The translations under genes and the position numbers were made by a program. From a virus (taxonomy: Duplodnaviria > Caudoviricetes): DNA of 64,000 nt. Positions 35,774-45,954 of this stretch are shown piece by piece. Below the pieces are notes generated by a model, which worked only from the letters and a program-made list of their open reading frames with translations, did not search any database and had not been told where the DNA came from. How positions within the stretch are numbered: position 1 is the stretch's first letter; every line of letters starts with the position of its first letter. The stretch lies in the IMG/VR virus record IMGVR_UViG_3300009095_000001, positions 33,538-97,537 of that record. The stretch is one strand, 5' to 3'.

Positions 35774-38245
35774 ATGGCCACGATCAACGTCATCCTCCAA
35801 GCCAAGGCGCGAGACAAGGGCGTCCACAAGTGGCTATCGCAGGGGACCAAGCTTGCCGACGGATTCGCGGCGTCGCTCGGGCGGGCCAAGACTGCGCTGG
35901 CCGGGCTCGACAGCGGATCGCTGGGCGCCCTCGCAGCTGCTGGTCGCGGCGGCGGCCGAGGAGCTCGAGCAGGCGGCAGTGGCCGAGACAGCTCGACCAG
36001 TGTCGACAAGGCGCAGCGGCAAGCACAGCGCGCGAGCGAGCGGGCCCAACGAACGGAGGAACGCAACGCCCAACGGCAAGCGACCGCGCTTGCTCGTGCG
36101 GGGCAGCAACGCGTCCGCGCTTCGCAACGCGCGGCGAAGAACCTCGAAGCGCTCAGCGACGAGCAGCTGAAAGAGCGCGAGATCCAGCGGGAGATCAACG
36201 CTCGCCGGACCCGAGCCGCTCGCAGCTCGGCGAAGGAGTCGCTGGGCGCTGACCCGACGAAGGCCAAGATGGGCCCGTTCGGCAAGCTCGAGTTCGCCGA
36301 GAACCTCGCGGTTGCGGGCGGCGAGTTCGACCGGTTCGGCAATAAAGTCGAGCAGGGCATCCGCAGCAGCTTCGACGCGTTCAAGGAGTACGAGCACAAG
36401 GTCGCCGAGATCGGCACGATTACCGAAGCGGTGACGGTCGATCAGATCGACGCAATCGCCAAGGCGGCCGTGGGGGAGTTCGGCGGCCAGCCGATCAAGC
36501 AAGCCGAGGCGCTGCAAAAGGTCATGAGCATGGGCGCCGAGACAGCGGCCGAAGCTCAGGCGCAATTGATGGAGGCGAACAAGCTCGGGATCGCCGGCTC
36601 GGCAAGCGTCGAGGACTCGGTCGTCGCGATCTCGAAGGCGATGGCCAACTTCAAGGACGTCGACGCAAAGCAGACCGCGGATGCGATGTTCGCCGTCACG
36701 CAGGCGTCGTCAGCCGAGGTTGGCGATCTCGCGCAAGCGCTGCCCCGTGTGGCGGCCGGCGCAGCTGCAGCCGGGCTCACGCTACAAGAAACGGTCGGCA
36801 CGATCGGCCAGCTCAGCAACAAGCTGCCCGACGCGAATCAGGCCGTGACCGGCATGATTCAGATGCTCAGCAATATCTCGAAGCCGACCAAGCGCGCGCG
36901 CGAGGAAGCGAAGCGGCTCGGCATCGACTTCTCTGTTGCGGGCATCGAGGCGGCCGGCGGCTGGGAAGAGTTCTTGCTCAAGCTTCGCGCGTCCGAGAAG
37001 TTCGACGAGGACACACTGGCCAAGCTGTTCGAAAGCTCCGAGGCTCGCATTGCCGTGGCCGCGATCACCGAGGACATGGAGGGCTTGCGCAAGAACCTCG
37101 CGGCGCAGGAGCGGGCGGCCGGCGGGACCGAGAAGGCCTACGCCAAGATGACAGACACGGCGGCGCACAAAGCTGCGCTGCTCGAGGGGCAGTGGGAGAC
37201 GCTCAAGATCCAGGCCGGAAGCGAGCTCGTGCCGGTGCTGTTGGATGTGGCCAATGCCGTGTCGCCGATCATCACGGGGCTGCGCGAGTGGACCTCGGAG
37301 AATCCGAACACCGCGAGGACGCTCGCCAAGCTCGCGGTGGGCACGGTCGTCATGTCGAAGGCGGTCGGCGCCTTGGTCGGCGCCTACTCGATGTGGCAGA
37401 CGATCAGCGCGATCACGCAGCTGGGCAACATGAAGCTCAGCAAGTCGACCGACACACTGACCACGGCAGTCGACAAGCAGGGGACGGCGATGACCAAGGC
37501 GGCCAAGCGCGGCGGCGGCCTCCAGAAGTTTGTCGGCGCGCTACCAGGAGCCTTTGCGATCGCATCCGCAGGGATCGTCGCGTTCAATCTCGTTCTCGAC
37601 GAGGCCCACCAGAACCTCGACAAGTACGACAAAAAGCTCGACGAGATCGAGGAGCAGCAAAAGAACATCAAGTTCCAGCGAGACCCGACCGCGGAAGAGA
37701 AGGCCAAGTTCGAGGCCCAAAAGGCGGAGAAGATCGCCGCGCTGCAAGAGCAACGCAAGAGTGCGCGCGGCAAAGAACGCAAGCTGATCGACGAGAAGAT
37801 CGCGGCCGCACAAGCATCGACGCTCAAGCCGATCGAGCGGAGCGACGAGGAGCTGCTCATGGAGCGGCGCAATCGTCTGATCGCGGTCGTCAACGCGGCA
37901 CGCGAGAAGGAACGAACCGGCCGAGGTGGCGCCGCTTGGGAGACGCTGACGGGCGGCGACGTCGTCGGTGGGTTCAGCCAGCTCGGCGCCGGCTTGTTCA
38001 ATCGGGCCAGCGGAACACAAGACGATTTTGAAATGCAGCGCATACAGGCTGAACGAGACCTCGCCGAGTTCGATCGGCTGGAGGGGGCCAAACTCAACCT
38101 CGGCGACGACGCTTTCACGATGCCGGACACGGGACTCAGCGCGACACTTGCAGCTCTCCAAGATCTCGTGAAGGCCACGCAAACGGTGGCGGCCAACACA
38201 GCTCCGCGGACCACGGGCCCGAGCATGGAAGCGGGGCTGTCGTGA
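35774..38245 (+). CDS. Tail tape measure protein (TP901-like core)
   Basis: 823 aa, Ala-rich helical; ADAMFAV, DLAQALPRVA, GLTLQET, KPTKRAREEAKRLGIDF, GGTEKAYAKMTDT. Confidence 0.9.
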   Translation: MATINVILQAKARDKGVHKWLSQGTKLADGFAASLGRAKTALAGLDSGSLGALAAAGRGGGRGARAGGSGRDSSTSVDKAQRQAQRASERAQRTEERNAQRQATALARAGQQRVRASQRAAKNLEALSDEQLKEREIQREINARRTRAARSSAKESLGADPTKAKMGPFGKLEFAENLAVAGGEFDRFGNKVEQGIRSSFDAFKEYEHKVAEIGTITEAVTVDQIDAIAKAAVGEFGGQPIKQAEALQKVMSMGAETAAEAQAQLMEANKLGIAGSASVEDSVVAISKAMANFKDVDAKQTADAMFAVTQASSAEVGDLAQALPRVAAGAAAAGLTLQETVGTIGQLSNKLPDANQAVTGMIQMLSNISKPTKRAREEAKRLGIDFSVAGIEAAGGWEEFLLKLRASEKFDEDTLAKLFESSEARIAVAAITEDMEGLRKNLAAQERAAGGTEKAYAKMTDTAAHKAALLEGQWETLKIQAGSELVPVLLDVANAVSPIITGLREWTSENPNTARTLAKLAVGTVVMSKAVGALVGAYSMWQTISAITQLGNMKLSKSTDTLTTAVDKQGTAMTKAAKRGGGLQKFVGALPGAFAIASAGIVAFNLVLDEAHQNLDKYDKKLDEIEEQQKNIKFQRDPTAEEKAKFEAQKAEKIAALQEQRKSARGKERKLIDEKIAAAQASTLKPIERSDEELLMERRNRLIAVVNAAREKERTGRGGAAWETLTGGDVVGGFSQLGAGLFNRASGTQDDFEMQRIQAERDLAEFDRLEGAKLNLGDDAFTMPDTGLSATLAALQDLVKATQTVAANTAPRTTGPSMEAGLS

Positions 38246-39474
38246 GCTTGCCGAGTCTGGTCGTGCAGCTCGCCGGCAACAACCTGCAGCGCGTGCAGTC
38301 GTTCTCGCTGCGCCTCTCGGTCGCCGAGCTCGCGGACCAGGTGCAGGTTGAGGTCGCCGACAACATCCCGCTGACCAGCCTGCGGATCGGTGACTCCATG
38401 GCGGTGTCGATCGCCGGTCGCATCGTGCTCGTCGGCGAAGTTCTGAACTACCACAGCCACGGCACCGCGACCGCAGACACGCTGTCGATCACGGGCTTCT
38501 CGGCGGCGCAGCGCTTGGTCAAGTCGTCGATCTTGGTCGGCGAAGATCAGAGCGTGACGAGCCGGGTGTTCCGCAACCTGAGTGCGCGACAGATCATCGA
38601 GCGCGTGGCGCGACCGTTCGGCCTGGTCGTCGACGTCGGCGAGACCGGCAACGAGATCGCCGACGTCCCGATCGACAAGATCAGGATCAAGAAGAACGAG
38701 GACGCGTGGGACTTCATCAAGCGCGTAGCCAGGCGCCAGGGCATGATCGTGGTCTCGGGCGCGGCGTCGGTCACTCCCGATCGCCAGGCGAAGGCGTCGA
38801 TCAGGCTCACGCGCAACGCCGTCCGCACGTCGCCGGTCACGATCTCCCGACCGCACCCGCGCGTGATCTCCTGGGACTACGAGCTGGACGGGCGAGCCGT
38901 CCACAGTGCGATCGTCGTCCGCCGCAAGAGCAAGAAGCGAAAGAGCGGGGGCGGCCTCGAGCACCTTGGCGCGCCCGCCTACGACGAGTCGGCTCGGTAC
39001 TCTCCGCTGATCGTCGACGGCGAGGCGGGGGCGCGGACTGAGGGCGAGCTGCTCCGGCAGGCCGAGTACGAGGTACGCAAGCGCCGGGCCGACGCGATCA
39101 AGATCACGATCGAGATCGACGGCTGGAGCCCGAACAACTCGCAGGCCTTGTTCTGGCCCAACACCCTGTATCCGCTCGACGATCGGGTGCAGGGATTCAG
39201 CGACACGATGCTGCTCTCCGCGGTCACGCTGACCCGCGACGCCAACGGGGCGGACAAGACCTTGCTCGAGTTCTGCCCGCCCGACGCTCACGCGGTGCTC
39301 GAGGACTTCACGGTCCACAGCGGGGGGATCGGTGGCAGCAACGGGTACCGAGCGAACAAGGATTGGCTGCGCCAGCACAGCCAGGTGGTGACCGAGATCG
39401 ATACCGTGTCGGACACGGTCGACTTCAATGCGGCTAAGCTCGAGCTGCTGTTCAAGCCACCGAAGGACAAGTGA
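38242..39474 (+). CDS. Baseplate hub protein (Mu gp44/gpP-like)
   Basis: ARQIIERVARPFGL, EDAWDFIKRVARRQG, RQAEYEVRKRRA, IDGW...FWPNTL. Confidence 0.85.
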   Translation: MSLPSLVVQLAGNNLQRVQSFSLRLSVAELADQVQVEVADNIPLTSLRIGDSMAVSIAGRIVLVGEVLNYHSHGTATADTLSITGFSAAQRLVKSSILVGEDQSVTSRVFRNLSARQIIERVARPFGLVVDVGETGNEIADVPIDKIRIKKNEDAWDFIKRVARRQGMIVVSGAASVTPDRQAKASIRLTRNAVRTSPVTISRPHPRVISWDYELDGRAVHSAIVVRRKSKKRKSGGGLEHLGAPAYDESARYSPLIVDGEAGARTEGELLRQAEYEVRKRRADAIKITIEIDGWSPNNSQALFWPNTLYPLDDRVQGFSDTMLLSAVTLTRDANGADKTLLEFCPPDAHAVLEDFTVHSGGIGGSNGYRANKDWLRQHSQVVTEIDTVSDTVDFNAAKLELLFKPPKDK

Positions 39475-40121
39475 TGGCAGACCAGAATCTCAAGGGCTTG
39501 GTGAGGCTGATCGACCTGCGCAAGCGCGGCGACAAGGCCAGCGCCGAGTCGATGATCGAGCTCGGCGAGGCGACCAACCCGAGCGGGGACGCGGGCGCTG
39601 TGCCGACGTGCACGGTCGACGGCGACGACGAGGCTGACGTGTTCGAGCCCTACGGCCTGGCCGGGCAGCCCGCGAGCGGCGACGCGCTGCTGTTCGCGAG
39701 CGAAGGCGACAGCGACAACCTCACGGCGATCGTGTCGAGCGTCGCCGGGCGCCCGGCGACAGAGCCCGGCGACAAGGTGCTGTGGACCGCGGCCGGTCAC
39801 CAGATCTTCCTGGCGGACGCGGGCGGGATCACGATCACGAGCAAGGACGGAGCAACGATCACGCTCGACGAGAACGCCTCGATCACGCTCGACGTCGCAG
39901 CGGGCAAGTCGGTCAACGTCGGCGATGCGCTCGCTGAGGCGTTGGTCAAGAGCGGGCCGTTCAAGGCGGCCATGTCGGCCGCGCTCGCGGCTGGGGCATC
40001 TGTGGCTCCGACCCCGATGGCGGGAAACAACGGGTCGCTCGCGTTCCAGGCCGCACAGCTTGCCTGGGACACGTCGCTCGCTAGCGACCCGATCGACACC
40101 ACGAAGGCAAAGGGGACCTGA
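39471..40121 (+). CDS. Baseplate spike/assembly protein (Mu gp45-like)
   Basis: EPYGLAGQPASG, EPGDKVLWTAAGHQIFL, beta-helix ITI repeats. Confidence 0.85.
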   Translation: MMADQNLKGLVRLIDLRKRGDKASAESMIELGEATNPSGDAGAVPTCTVDGDDEADVFEPYGLAGQPASGDALLFASEGDSDNLTAIVSSVAGRPATEPGDKVLWTAAGHQIFLADAGGITITSKDGATITLDENASITLDVAAGKSVNVGDALAEALVKSGPFKAAMSAALAAGASVAPTPMAGNNGSLAFQAAQLAWDTSLASDPIDTTKAKGT

Positions 40122-40123
40122 CC

Positions 40124-41218
40124 ATGGCGATCACCATCGGCACGGACGCATGCGAGCCTGGGACCGTTGCGGGCTTCATCCACGCAGGTCTCGGGCTGGT
40201 CTACGGCGAGGAAGGGGCCGACTCCGACACGGTCCGCGGGGTCGCGTGGGCGATCGCCAGCGGGGTGATCGAAGGGATCCGCACGCAGATCGGCGACGGC
40301 GAGGCGGTGGTCCGCGACGGTTCGACGCTGAGCGGCGGCGAAGGGGGGGGCGGCGGCGGGGCTCCGGCTGACGCGGCCTACGTGGTCGCTACCAGCCACG
40401 CCGACCTGACCAACGAGCGCGTGGCGACGTCGAGTCCGAGCATCACGGTCGACGCGAGCGTCGCGGGTCAGCTGCGATGGACGGTGGCCACCGCGAGCAC
40501 TGCCGCTCCGGGCATCGTCGAGCTGGCGACCTCGGCCGAGACGACGGCAGGGCTCGCGGTGCAGGCCAGCGACACGCGCCTCTCTGATGCTCGCAGCCCC
40601 ACGACGCATGCGAGCTCGCACTCGAGCGGGAGCAGCGACCCGATCACGGTGACGAGCCTGGCCGGGTTCCCGGGCGGGTCGACCAATTTCCTGCGCGCGG
40701 ACGGGACCTTCGCCGCGCCACCCGGCGCGACCATGCAGCCGATCTTGTGCGTGGCTGCGGCCGCGTACCTGCAGACCGGGCTGAACGCGGCCACGCTCGC
40801 GGAGTCCGCGGGAGAGAAGCCCTATCTCGTCTACCCGACTGGCCTCGCTCGATACGCGAGCTGGTTCGTGCAGCTGCCGACCACCTACGCAGGCGGCAAC
40901 CTGAACCTCCGCTTGTGGTGGACGGGGTCGGTCAGCGACAACACCAAGACGGTGATCTGGCAGACGTTGGTCGAGAGGATGACCGTCGGCGAGAGCATAG
41001 GAAGCACCAACACCACGCTCGCCGCGTTGTCGCCCAACGCATCCTCGCCGGGCACCGCGGGGGTGATCATCATCAACGACTTCGTTCGATCGAACACCAA
41101 CCTCGACGGCGCGGCCGCTGGGGATTGGATCAGGATCTTGCTCGGGCGCGCGGGTACGTCGGGACTCGACACGTACACAGGCGACGCGCACGTGCTCGGC
41201 TTTCAACTGACGCAGTAG
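40124..41218 (+). CDS. Tail fibre/spike-like protein
   Basis: Gly linker; ASTAAPGIVELATSAET fibre repeat; DTRLSDAR..THASSH; beta-rich C-terminal domain. Confidence 0.65.
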   Translation: MAITIGTDACEPGTVAGFIHAGLGLVYGEEGADSDTVRGVAWAIASGVIEGIRTQIGDGEAVVRDGSTLSGGEGGGGGGAPADAAYVVATSHADLTNERVATSSPSITVDASVAGQLRWTVATASTAAPGIVELATSAETTAGLAVQASDTRLSDARSPTTHASSHSSGSSDPITVTSLAGFPGGSTNFLRADGTFAAPPGATMQPILCVAAAAYLQTGLNAATLAESAGEKPYLVYPTGLARYASWFVQLPTTYAGGNLNLRLWWTGSVSDNTKTVIWQTLVERMTVGESIGSTNTTLAALSPNASSPGTAGVIIINDFVRSNTNLDGAAAGDWIRILLGRAGTSGLDTYTGDAHVLGFQLTQ

Positions 41219-41221
41219 GCC

Positions 41222-42526
41222 ATGGAGAAGGGCAGCATCAACGACGTCCCGGTGTTCGTCCGCACCACGCAGCTCACGGGTGCCGAGCGCACGGTGATAA
41301 AGGAAGCGCCGAACGTCGACGGCGCGACCGCGATCACGCTCGGGCAGGCGCCGCAGCGGCTCCGCGTCGACTTCATGCTGATCCAGGATGGCGAGTGGAT
41401 CGTGGACGACTACGAGACCGCGTCGCTCGATCTGCGGGCGATGCTGCTTCGAGGCGGCCCGTTCACCCTGCGCGCGCCCGTGCTCGGCGAGGTGACGGGC
41501 CTCTGGCTCGACGGCGAGTATCAGCTGACGCTCTACGACGAAACGCGCCAGCTCGCTAGCGAAGGGTCGCTCACGCTGATCGATGCCGAGCCCCAGCTCG
41601 TGCTCTCCGACTCTGCGATCTCGGCGGTTGAAGCTGCGATCGCGCTGCTGAGCAAGGCCGAGGCGCTGGCCTTCGACAAGGGCCAGACCTTGAACGGTCC
41701 CTACACGGGTGCGCTCGAGACCCTGGCGAACGGCGTGGGCTGGCTCAGCAAGACGCTCGACAAGATCTCCGCCGCATTCGGGGCGGTCAACGAGGTGGCC
41801 GGCGCAATCTCCGACCTTGCGAATTCGATCGAGACCCTGCTCAACACGCCGCAGACGTTGGCCATGTCGTTCATGGGCGCCGCGCTGCAGCTGCTGTCGC
41901 TCATCCCGTCGCAGTCGCAGCAGGGCAACATGGACACGGGATCGGCAGCGGTCCAGGAGCCGACCACCGACAAGGCTGCGGCCGCGCTCATCGACGCGCT
42001 CGATGACGGGACCGACTTCAACTCCGAAGCCTCGCCGCTGCAGGCCGACCGCGTCCCGACGCCGAGCGCCGAGGATCTCGAAGAGAAGGACGAGGTCGCT
42101 GCGGCGACGCAGCTGGTGTTGTCGTCGGTCGTCGTGGCCGTCTGCTTGGCGATCACGAGCACGCAGTTCTCCACCGTCAACAGCGTGCTCGCGGTCGCCG
42201 AGGCGCTCGAGCCCGCCTTTGAGGCGCTGTTCACCGTCGAGAATCTCGACCGCGACGTGTATCAGCACGCTCGTGTGATGCGTCAGGCGACGCGGCAGTT
42301 CCTCGCCGAGACGGCGGCTTCACTGCCGCGCCTGCTCACGCACACCGTGGAGACGACCACCGATGTGTTCTCGCTGGTGCCCGTGCTGTACGACGACCTC
42401 GGAGCCGTCAACGACGACGTGCTGCAGCAGGCGGTCGACAGCATCATTGACCTCAACGCCATGGGACCGGAGATGCTGCGGCTGCTGCCCGGCACGACGA
42501 TCCGCTACCTCTCTCCGCTGACATGA
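41222..42526 (+). CDS. DNA circularisation protein-like (Mu gpN-like)
   Basis: GSINDVPVFV, EAPNVDG...LGQAPQRL, GPFTLRAPVLG; C-terminal LPRL...LY...IIDLN. Confidence 0.75.
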   Translation: MEKGSINDVPVFVRTTQLTGAERTVIKEAPNVDGATAITLGQAPQRLRVDFMLIQDGEWIVDDYETASLDLRAMLLRGGPFTLRAPVLGEVTGLWLDGEYQLTLYDETRQLASEGSLTLIDAEPQLVLSDSAISAVEAAIALLSKAEALAFDKGQTLNGPYTGALETLANGVGWLSKTLDKISAAFGAVNEVAGAISDLANSIETLLNTPQTLAMSFMGAALQLLSLIPSQSQQGNMDTGSAAVQEPTTDKAAAALIDALDDGTDFNSEASPLQADRVPTPSAEDLEEKDEVAAATQLVLSSVVVAVCLAITSTQFSTVNSVLAVAEALEPAFEALFTVENLDRDVYQHARVMRQATRQFLAETAASLPRLLTHTVETTTDVFSLVPVLYDDLGAVNDDVLQQAVDSIIDLNAMGPEMLRLLPGTTIRYLSPLT

Positions 42527-42927
42527 CGACCATCAACCCCAAGCCCGTCTATGAGCTCGCGGGGCAGCAGACCGACGCGCTGACCGAGGAAGTGCTCGCG
42601 GTGTGCTTCACCGACGCGCCCGAGCGTCCATCGGTCCGGCCCGGAGACGCGCGCCGGCACCAACAGTGGTTGGCGCGCCCGCACGAGGGGGCGAGCTCGC
42701 GGGGGTGGCTGAGCTTCGCCCAGCCGCTCGTCGCCAACACACGGACGCTGCTCGAGCAGCGCTACGAGTCAGCCCTGCGCGCCGCGTTCGTCCCGGCCCA
42801 CGCGTCCAGCGTGAAGGTCACCGTCACCCAGACTGCCGTCAACGAGTTTACGATGCGGTGGGTGATCACTCGCCCCAACGGCGGCGTGGCTGAGGGGGCC
42901 GTCGTTCTACCGCAAGGAGGTGGCTGA
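42523..42927 (+). CDS. Baseplate wedge protein (Mu gp46-like)
   Basis: VLAVCFTDA, SRGWL, RWVITRPNG; directly before baseplate J. Confidence 0.7.
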   Translation: MTTINPKPVYELAGQQTDALTEEVLAVCFTDAPERPSVRPGDARRHQQWLARPHEGASSRGWLSFAQPLVANTRTLLEQRYESALRAAFVPAHASSVKVTVTQTAVNEFTMRWVITRPNGGVAEGAVVLPQGGG

Positions 42928-42929
42928 CC

Positions 42930-44036
42930 ATGTTCTCGATCCCAACGTTGAAACAGCTTCGACAACTCGCTCGCGATGACGTCGAGACAGAGATCAACGG
43001 CACGCTCGGGAGCCGCATGCGCGAGGCGATCGCCTTCGCGCTCGCGGCCTTTGGGTACATGTACCTGCGGATTCTGCAATGGCAGGCGCGGCAGATGTTC
43101 GTGGACCTGGCCGACGCCGCGTTCAAGCTGCTCCACGCGGCGATCTACGGCGTCACGCCCAACCCAGCCACGCAAGCGTCCGGGTCGATCAGGGCGACGG
43201 GGGTAGTCGGGTCCGCGATCCCAGCGTTGACCGCGCTCGCTCGCGACGACGGCGCGGAGTACCTGACCCAAGACGCGGTGGTCATTGGCCCCACCGGCGA
43301 GGTGACGATCACCATCACTGCATCCGCTGCGGGTGAGGCCGGCAACACGCTCACGGGCGCCGAGCTCACGTTCACCACACCGCCGGCAGGCGTCGACGCG
43401 GCCGCGATCGTGCTCGGCACCCCGGGCGAAGATGGGCTCGTCGGCGGGTTCGATGCCGAGGATGCGGACTCAGTCGGTGCGCGCACGCTGGTCAAGATCC
43501 AATCGGTTCCGCGAGGTGGCAGCGAGAATGACTACGTCGTCTGGGCGACCAGCGTGTCCGGTGTAGCGAAAGCGTGGGCCTTCGACGCTGCGTTTGGGAT
43601 CGGCACCGTGCTCGTGGTGATCGCCCAAGAGTGGGACCCAACAGATCCTGACGACTCGCCCGAGCCGAGCGACGCGCTGATCGCCGAGGTGGAAGCGAAG
43701 ATCACCGCGAACAAGCCCGCAGCTCTGCAAGGCGTATTCGTGCAAGGGCCGGTGCTGCAGGAACTCAACCCCTACATCGTGCTGAATCCCGACACGCCCG
43801 ACATTCGCACCGCGGTCACGCAGTCGCTCGCGCTCGCGCTCGCGGAGGCCGAGCCCGACGGGATCGCCTACTACGACGACATCGTGAAAGCGATCGATCG
43901 GGCAGCCGGCGAGCAGCATCACCGGCCGTTCGTGTTCGACAGCGAGGGGGGCACGAACTACGGGCCCTACGACACGCAGGTCGGCTCTACCTCGCTGCTC
44001 GTTCCTGGTACGATCACCTGGGCAGCGCCGCCATGA
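42930..44036 (+). CDS. Baseplate J-like protein (Mu gp47)
   Basis: FSIPTLKQL, WQARQMFVDLAD, GEAGN, GGFDAED, PRGGSENDYVVWA.SVSGVAKAW. Confidence 0.92.
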   Translation: MFSIPTLKQLRQLARDDVETEINGTLGSRMREAIAFALAAFGYMYLRILQWQARQMFVDLADAAFKLLHAAIYGVTPNPATQASGSIRATGVVGSAIPALTALARDDGAEYLTQDAVVIGPTGEVTITITASAAGEAGNTLTGAELTFTTPPAGVDAAAIVLGTPGEDGLVGGFDAEDADSVGARTLVKIQSVPRGGSENDYVVWATSVSGVAKAWAFDAAFGIGTVLVVIAQEWDPTDPDDSPEPSDALIAEVEAKITANKPAALQGVFVQGPVLQELNPYIVLNPDTPDIRTAVTQSLALALAEAEPDGIAYYDDIVKAIDRAAGEQHHRPFVFDSEGGTNYGPYDTQVGSTSLLVPGTITWAAPP

Positions 44037-44236
44037 TCGACTTCACCCAGCCAACCCGAGACACCGTGAACGTCATCGCTCGCAACGCGACGGCCCAGCG
44101 CATGCACGGCGAGGACTGGGAGCAATGCGCGGAGGGGTCCGAGGTCGTCGGTGGGTTCGGCATCCGTCGCGTCTTCCACGGCCCGGATGCAGCTCGGCTC
44201 GCAGCGCACGACTTGGAGGTGACCCATGGACACTGA
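44033..44236 (+). CDS. Small hypothetical protein
   Basis: Overlaps both neighbours in the tail operon. Confidence 0.5.
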   Translation: MIDFTQPTRDTVNVIARNATAQRMHGEDWEQCAEGSEVVGGFGIRRVFHGPDAARLAAHDLEVTHGH

Positions 44237-44624
44237 CGTTGGCCGCGCGCTCATGTTGGCGGCTGTTCTCCCGGCTGGCGAGGATCGGTACGTCGCGCTG
44301 TTCGACGGCGACCCCACCGGCGACGGTGTCGAGATCACGCTGGCCGGCTACGCCCGCGTGGCTCACCAGGACTGGACCACGTCGGTGCCGGACGAGGGCA
44401 ACTCGGAGCGATCGAACGCATCCGCGATCGAGTTCCCCACGATCACCGAGGATGGCACCGCGGATCACTGGGCGATCTTCGACGCGGCGACCGACGGCAA
44501 CCTGCTGCGCTACGGTCGGGTGACGGACTTTGTCGGGATGCCATCGCCGATCGTGTTCACGGGCATCGGCGAGGAAGCGACGTTCGCCATTGGGGCAATC
44601 AAGTGCGGCGTTCGGGATGTTTGA
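44226..44624 (+). CDS. Small phage tail structural protein
   Basis: YVALFDGDP, GYARVA, NASAIEFP, HWAIFDAATDGNLL. Confidence 0.75.
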   Translation: MDTDVGRALMLAAVLPAGEDRYVALFDGDPTGDGVEITLAGYARVAHQDWTTSVPDEGNSERSNASAIEFPTITEDGTADHWAIFDAATDGNLLRYGRVTDFVGMPSPIVFTGIGEEATFAIGAIKCGVRDV

Positions 44625-44627
44625 GCG

Positions 44628-45221
44628 ATGGTCCAGATCCTCGTTTACGGTGAGCAGCAGAACGTCGAAGCGGACGGCGAATTGGCGTTTCTCGACGTCA
44701 CGTCGGCGAGCGAGCTGCCGGCGGTTCTTCGCCAGGTCCCCACGGGCGAGTATTGGCACCGCACCGTCGGCTGGCTGCCCGCCGTCGCGCGGGCGATCGC
44801 CAGGTTCTTCTCTCGCCTGCGCCGAGCTCGGGAGAGGGTCTTGCGGCAGATCGATCCGCGCACCGCGGACATTCTGCTGGCCGATCGCGAGCAAGAGCGC
44901 GCGGTTGATCCGGTCGACGGGCAGACGCTCGAGGAACGACGCGCCACGGTGCTCGCCAAGATGCGCGCTTCCGGTGGCGTGACAGCCGACTACTACACCA
45001 GCGTGTGCGTGGACGCGGGCTACCTCGACGCGGTGGTGACCCCGGCCGCCGACCCGTTCACCACGGCCAGCACCGCCGACGACTACCTCGCGGGCGGGCT
45101 GTGGATGGTGACGATGCACGTGCAGGCGACGAGCCTCGGAGCCGCGCAAGACCAGGCGCTACAAGACCTGATCAATGGTCAGCTGCAGGCGGGCTTCCAC
45201 GCGATCTACACGTTCACCTGA
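44628..45221 (+). CDS. Baseplate protein, DUF2313/Mu gp48-like
   Basis: VPTGEYW, QIDPRTADILLAD.E, TLEERRATVLAKMRASGG. Confidence 0.85.
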   Translation: MVQILVYGEQQNVEADGELAFLDVTSASELPAVLRQVPTGEYWHRTVGWLPAVARAIARFFSRLRRARERVLRQIDPRTADILLADREQERAVDPVDGQTLEERRATVLAKMRASGGVTADYYTSVCVDAGYLDAVVTPAADPFTTASTADDYLAGGLWMVTMHVQATSLGAAQDQALQDLINGQLQAGFHAIYTFT

Positions 45222-45532
45222 TAGACGCGAGCCAGAGCTGCGCCGATCGGCGTGTTGTAGCCGAAGGCGCCTGGTGACCCGAACGCAGCATGCAGCTCCG
45301 CAGGCGTCCTGTCTTTCGTCAGGCGTCGCAGGCATCGAGCAAGCTCCACCGCTTCCTGCAGCGAGGTCGTGAGATCGTAGACCTCGCTCTCGGTGTCGTC
45401 GGACGCGAGCTCGCGCAGGCGGTCGATCGCAGTGCTGTACTCGCGGACGCGCGTCTCGATCGCCAACTGTAGAGGATTTGAGTCGGTCATGGCGCGCCGG
45501 ACCACAAGATCCTGGCGCTCATTCCGGCTCAC
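45206..45532 (-). CDS. Hypothetical protein
   Basis: Coupled to 45529-45903; HAAFGSPGAFGYNTPIGAAL. Confidence 0.6.
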   Translation of the reverse strand: MSRNERQDLVVRRAMTDSNPLQLAIETRVREYSTAIDRLRELASDDTESEVYDLTTSLQEAVELARCLRRLTKDRTPAELHAAFGSPGAFGYNTPIGAALARVYQVNV

Positions 45533-45903
45533 GGTGGCGCGATGCCGGGCTCGGAGTACGGCGAGGTCGCGAGGTTCACGTCGCGCGCGCGAACGTTGTC
45601 GGTCCCGCCGATCGCCATCACGCGCAGCTGGTAGGTGCGAGGGTCCGCGCCAGCGTCGATCATGTCGATCGCCGCGAGCGTGATCTCGATCTCCTCGCCA
45701 GCGTCGACCGGGCCGTAGAGACGAGAGGCAACCGAGGTGGGGTAGGTCTCCTCAAATGCGCCGTCGCCCCGCCGGATCTCGATCCCGATCAGCCCGGGCC
45801 CGGAGCGCGCGGCGATGCAGCGACCGCCAACACTCACCCGGTAGCCGATGCGCAGGCGGGGCGTCACGGGCGATTGGGTTTCGATGAAATACTCCGATGG
45901 CAC
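45529..45903 (-). CDS. Hypothetical beta-rich protein
   Basis: TAGCGT-N6-GTG start; TYQLRVMAIGG strand suggests an Ig/Fn3-like fold. Confidence 0.6.
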   Translation of the reverse strand: MPSEYFIETQSPVTPRLRIGYRVSVGGRCIAARSGPGLIGIEIRRGDGAFEETYPTSVASRLYGPVDAGEEIEITLAAIDMIDAGADPRTYQLRVMAIGGTDNVRARDVNLATSPYSEPGIAPP

Positions 45904-45954
45904 GGGCTCACGCTACCACGGGAATCGCGGTGCAGCGGGGTAGGTCCGCGCAGC

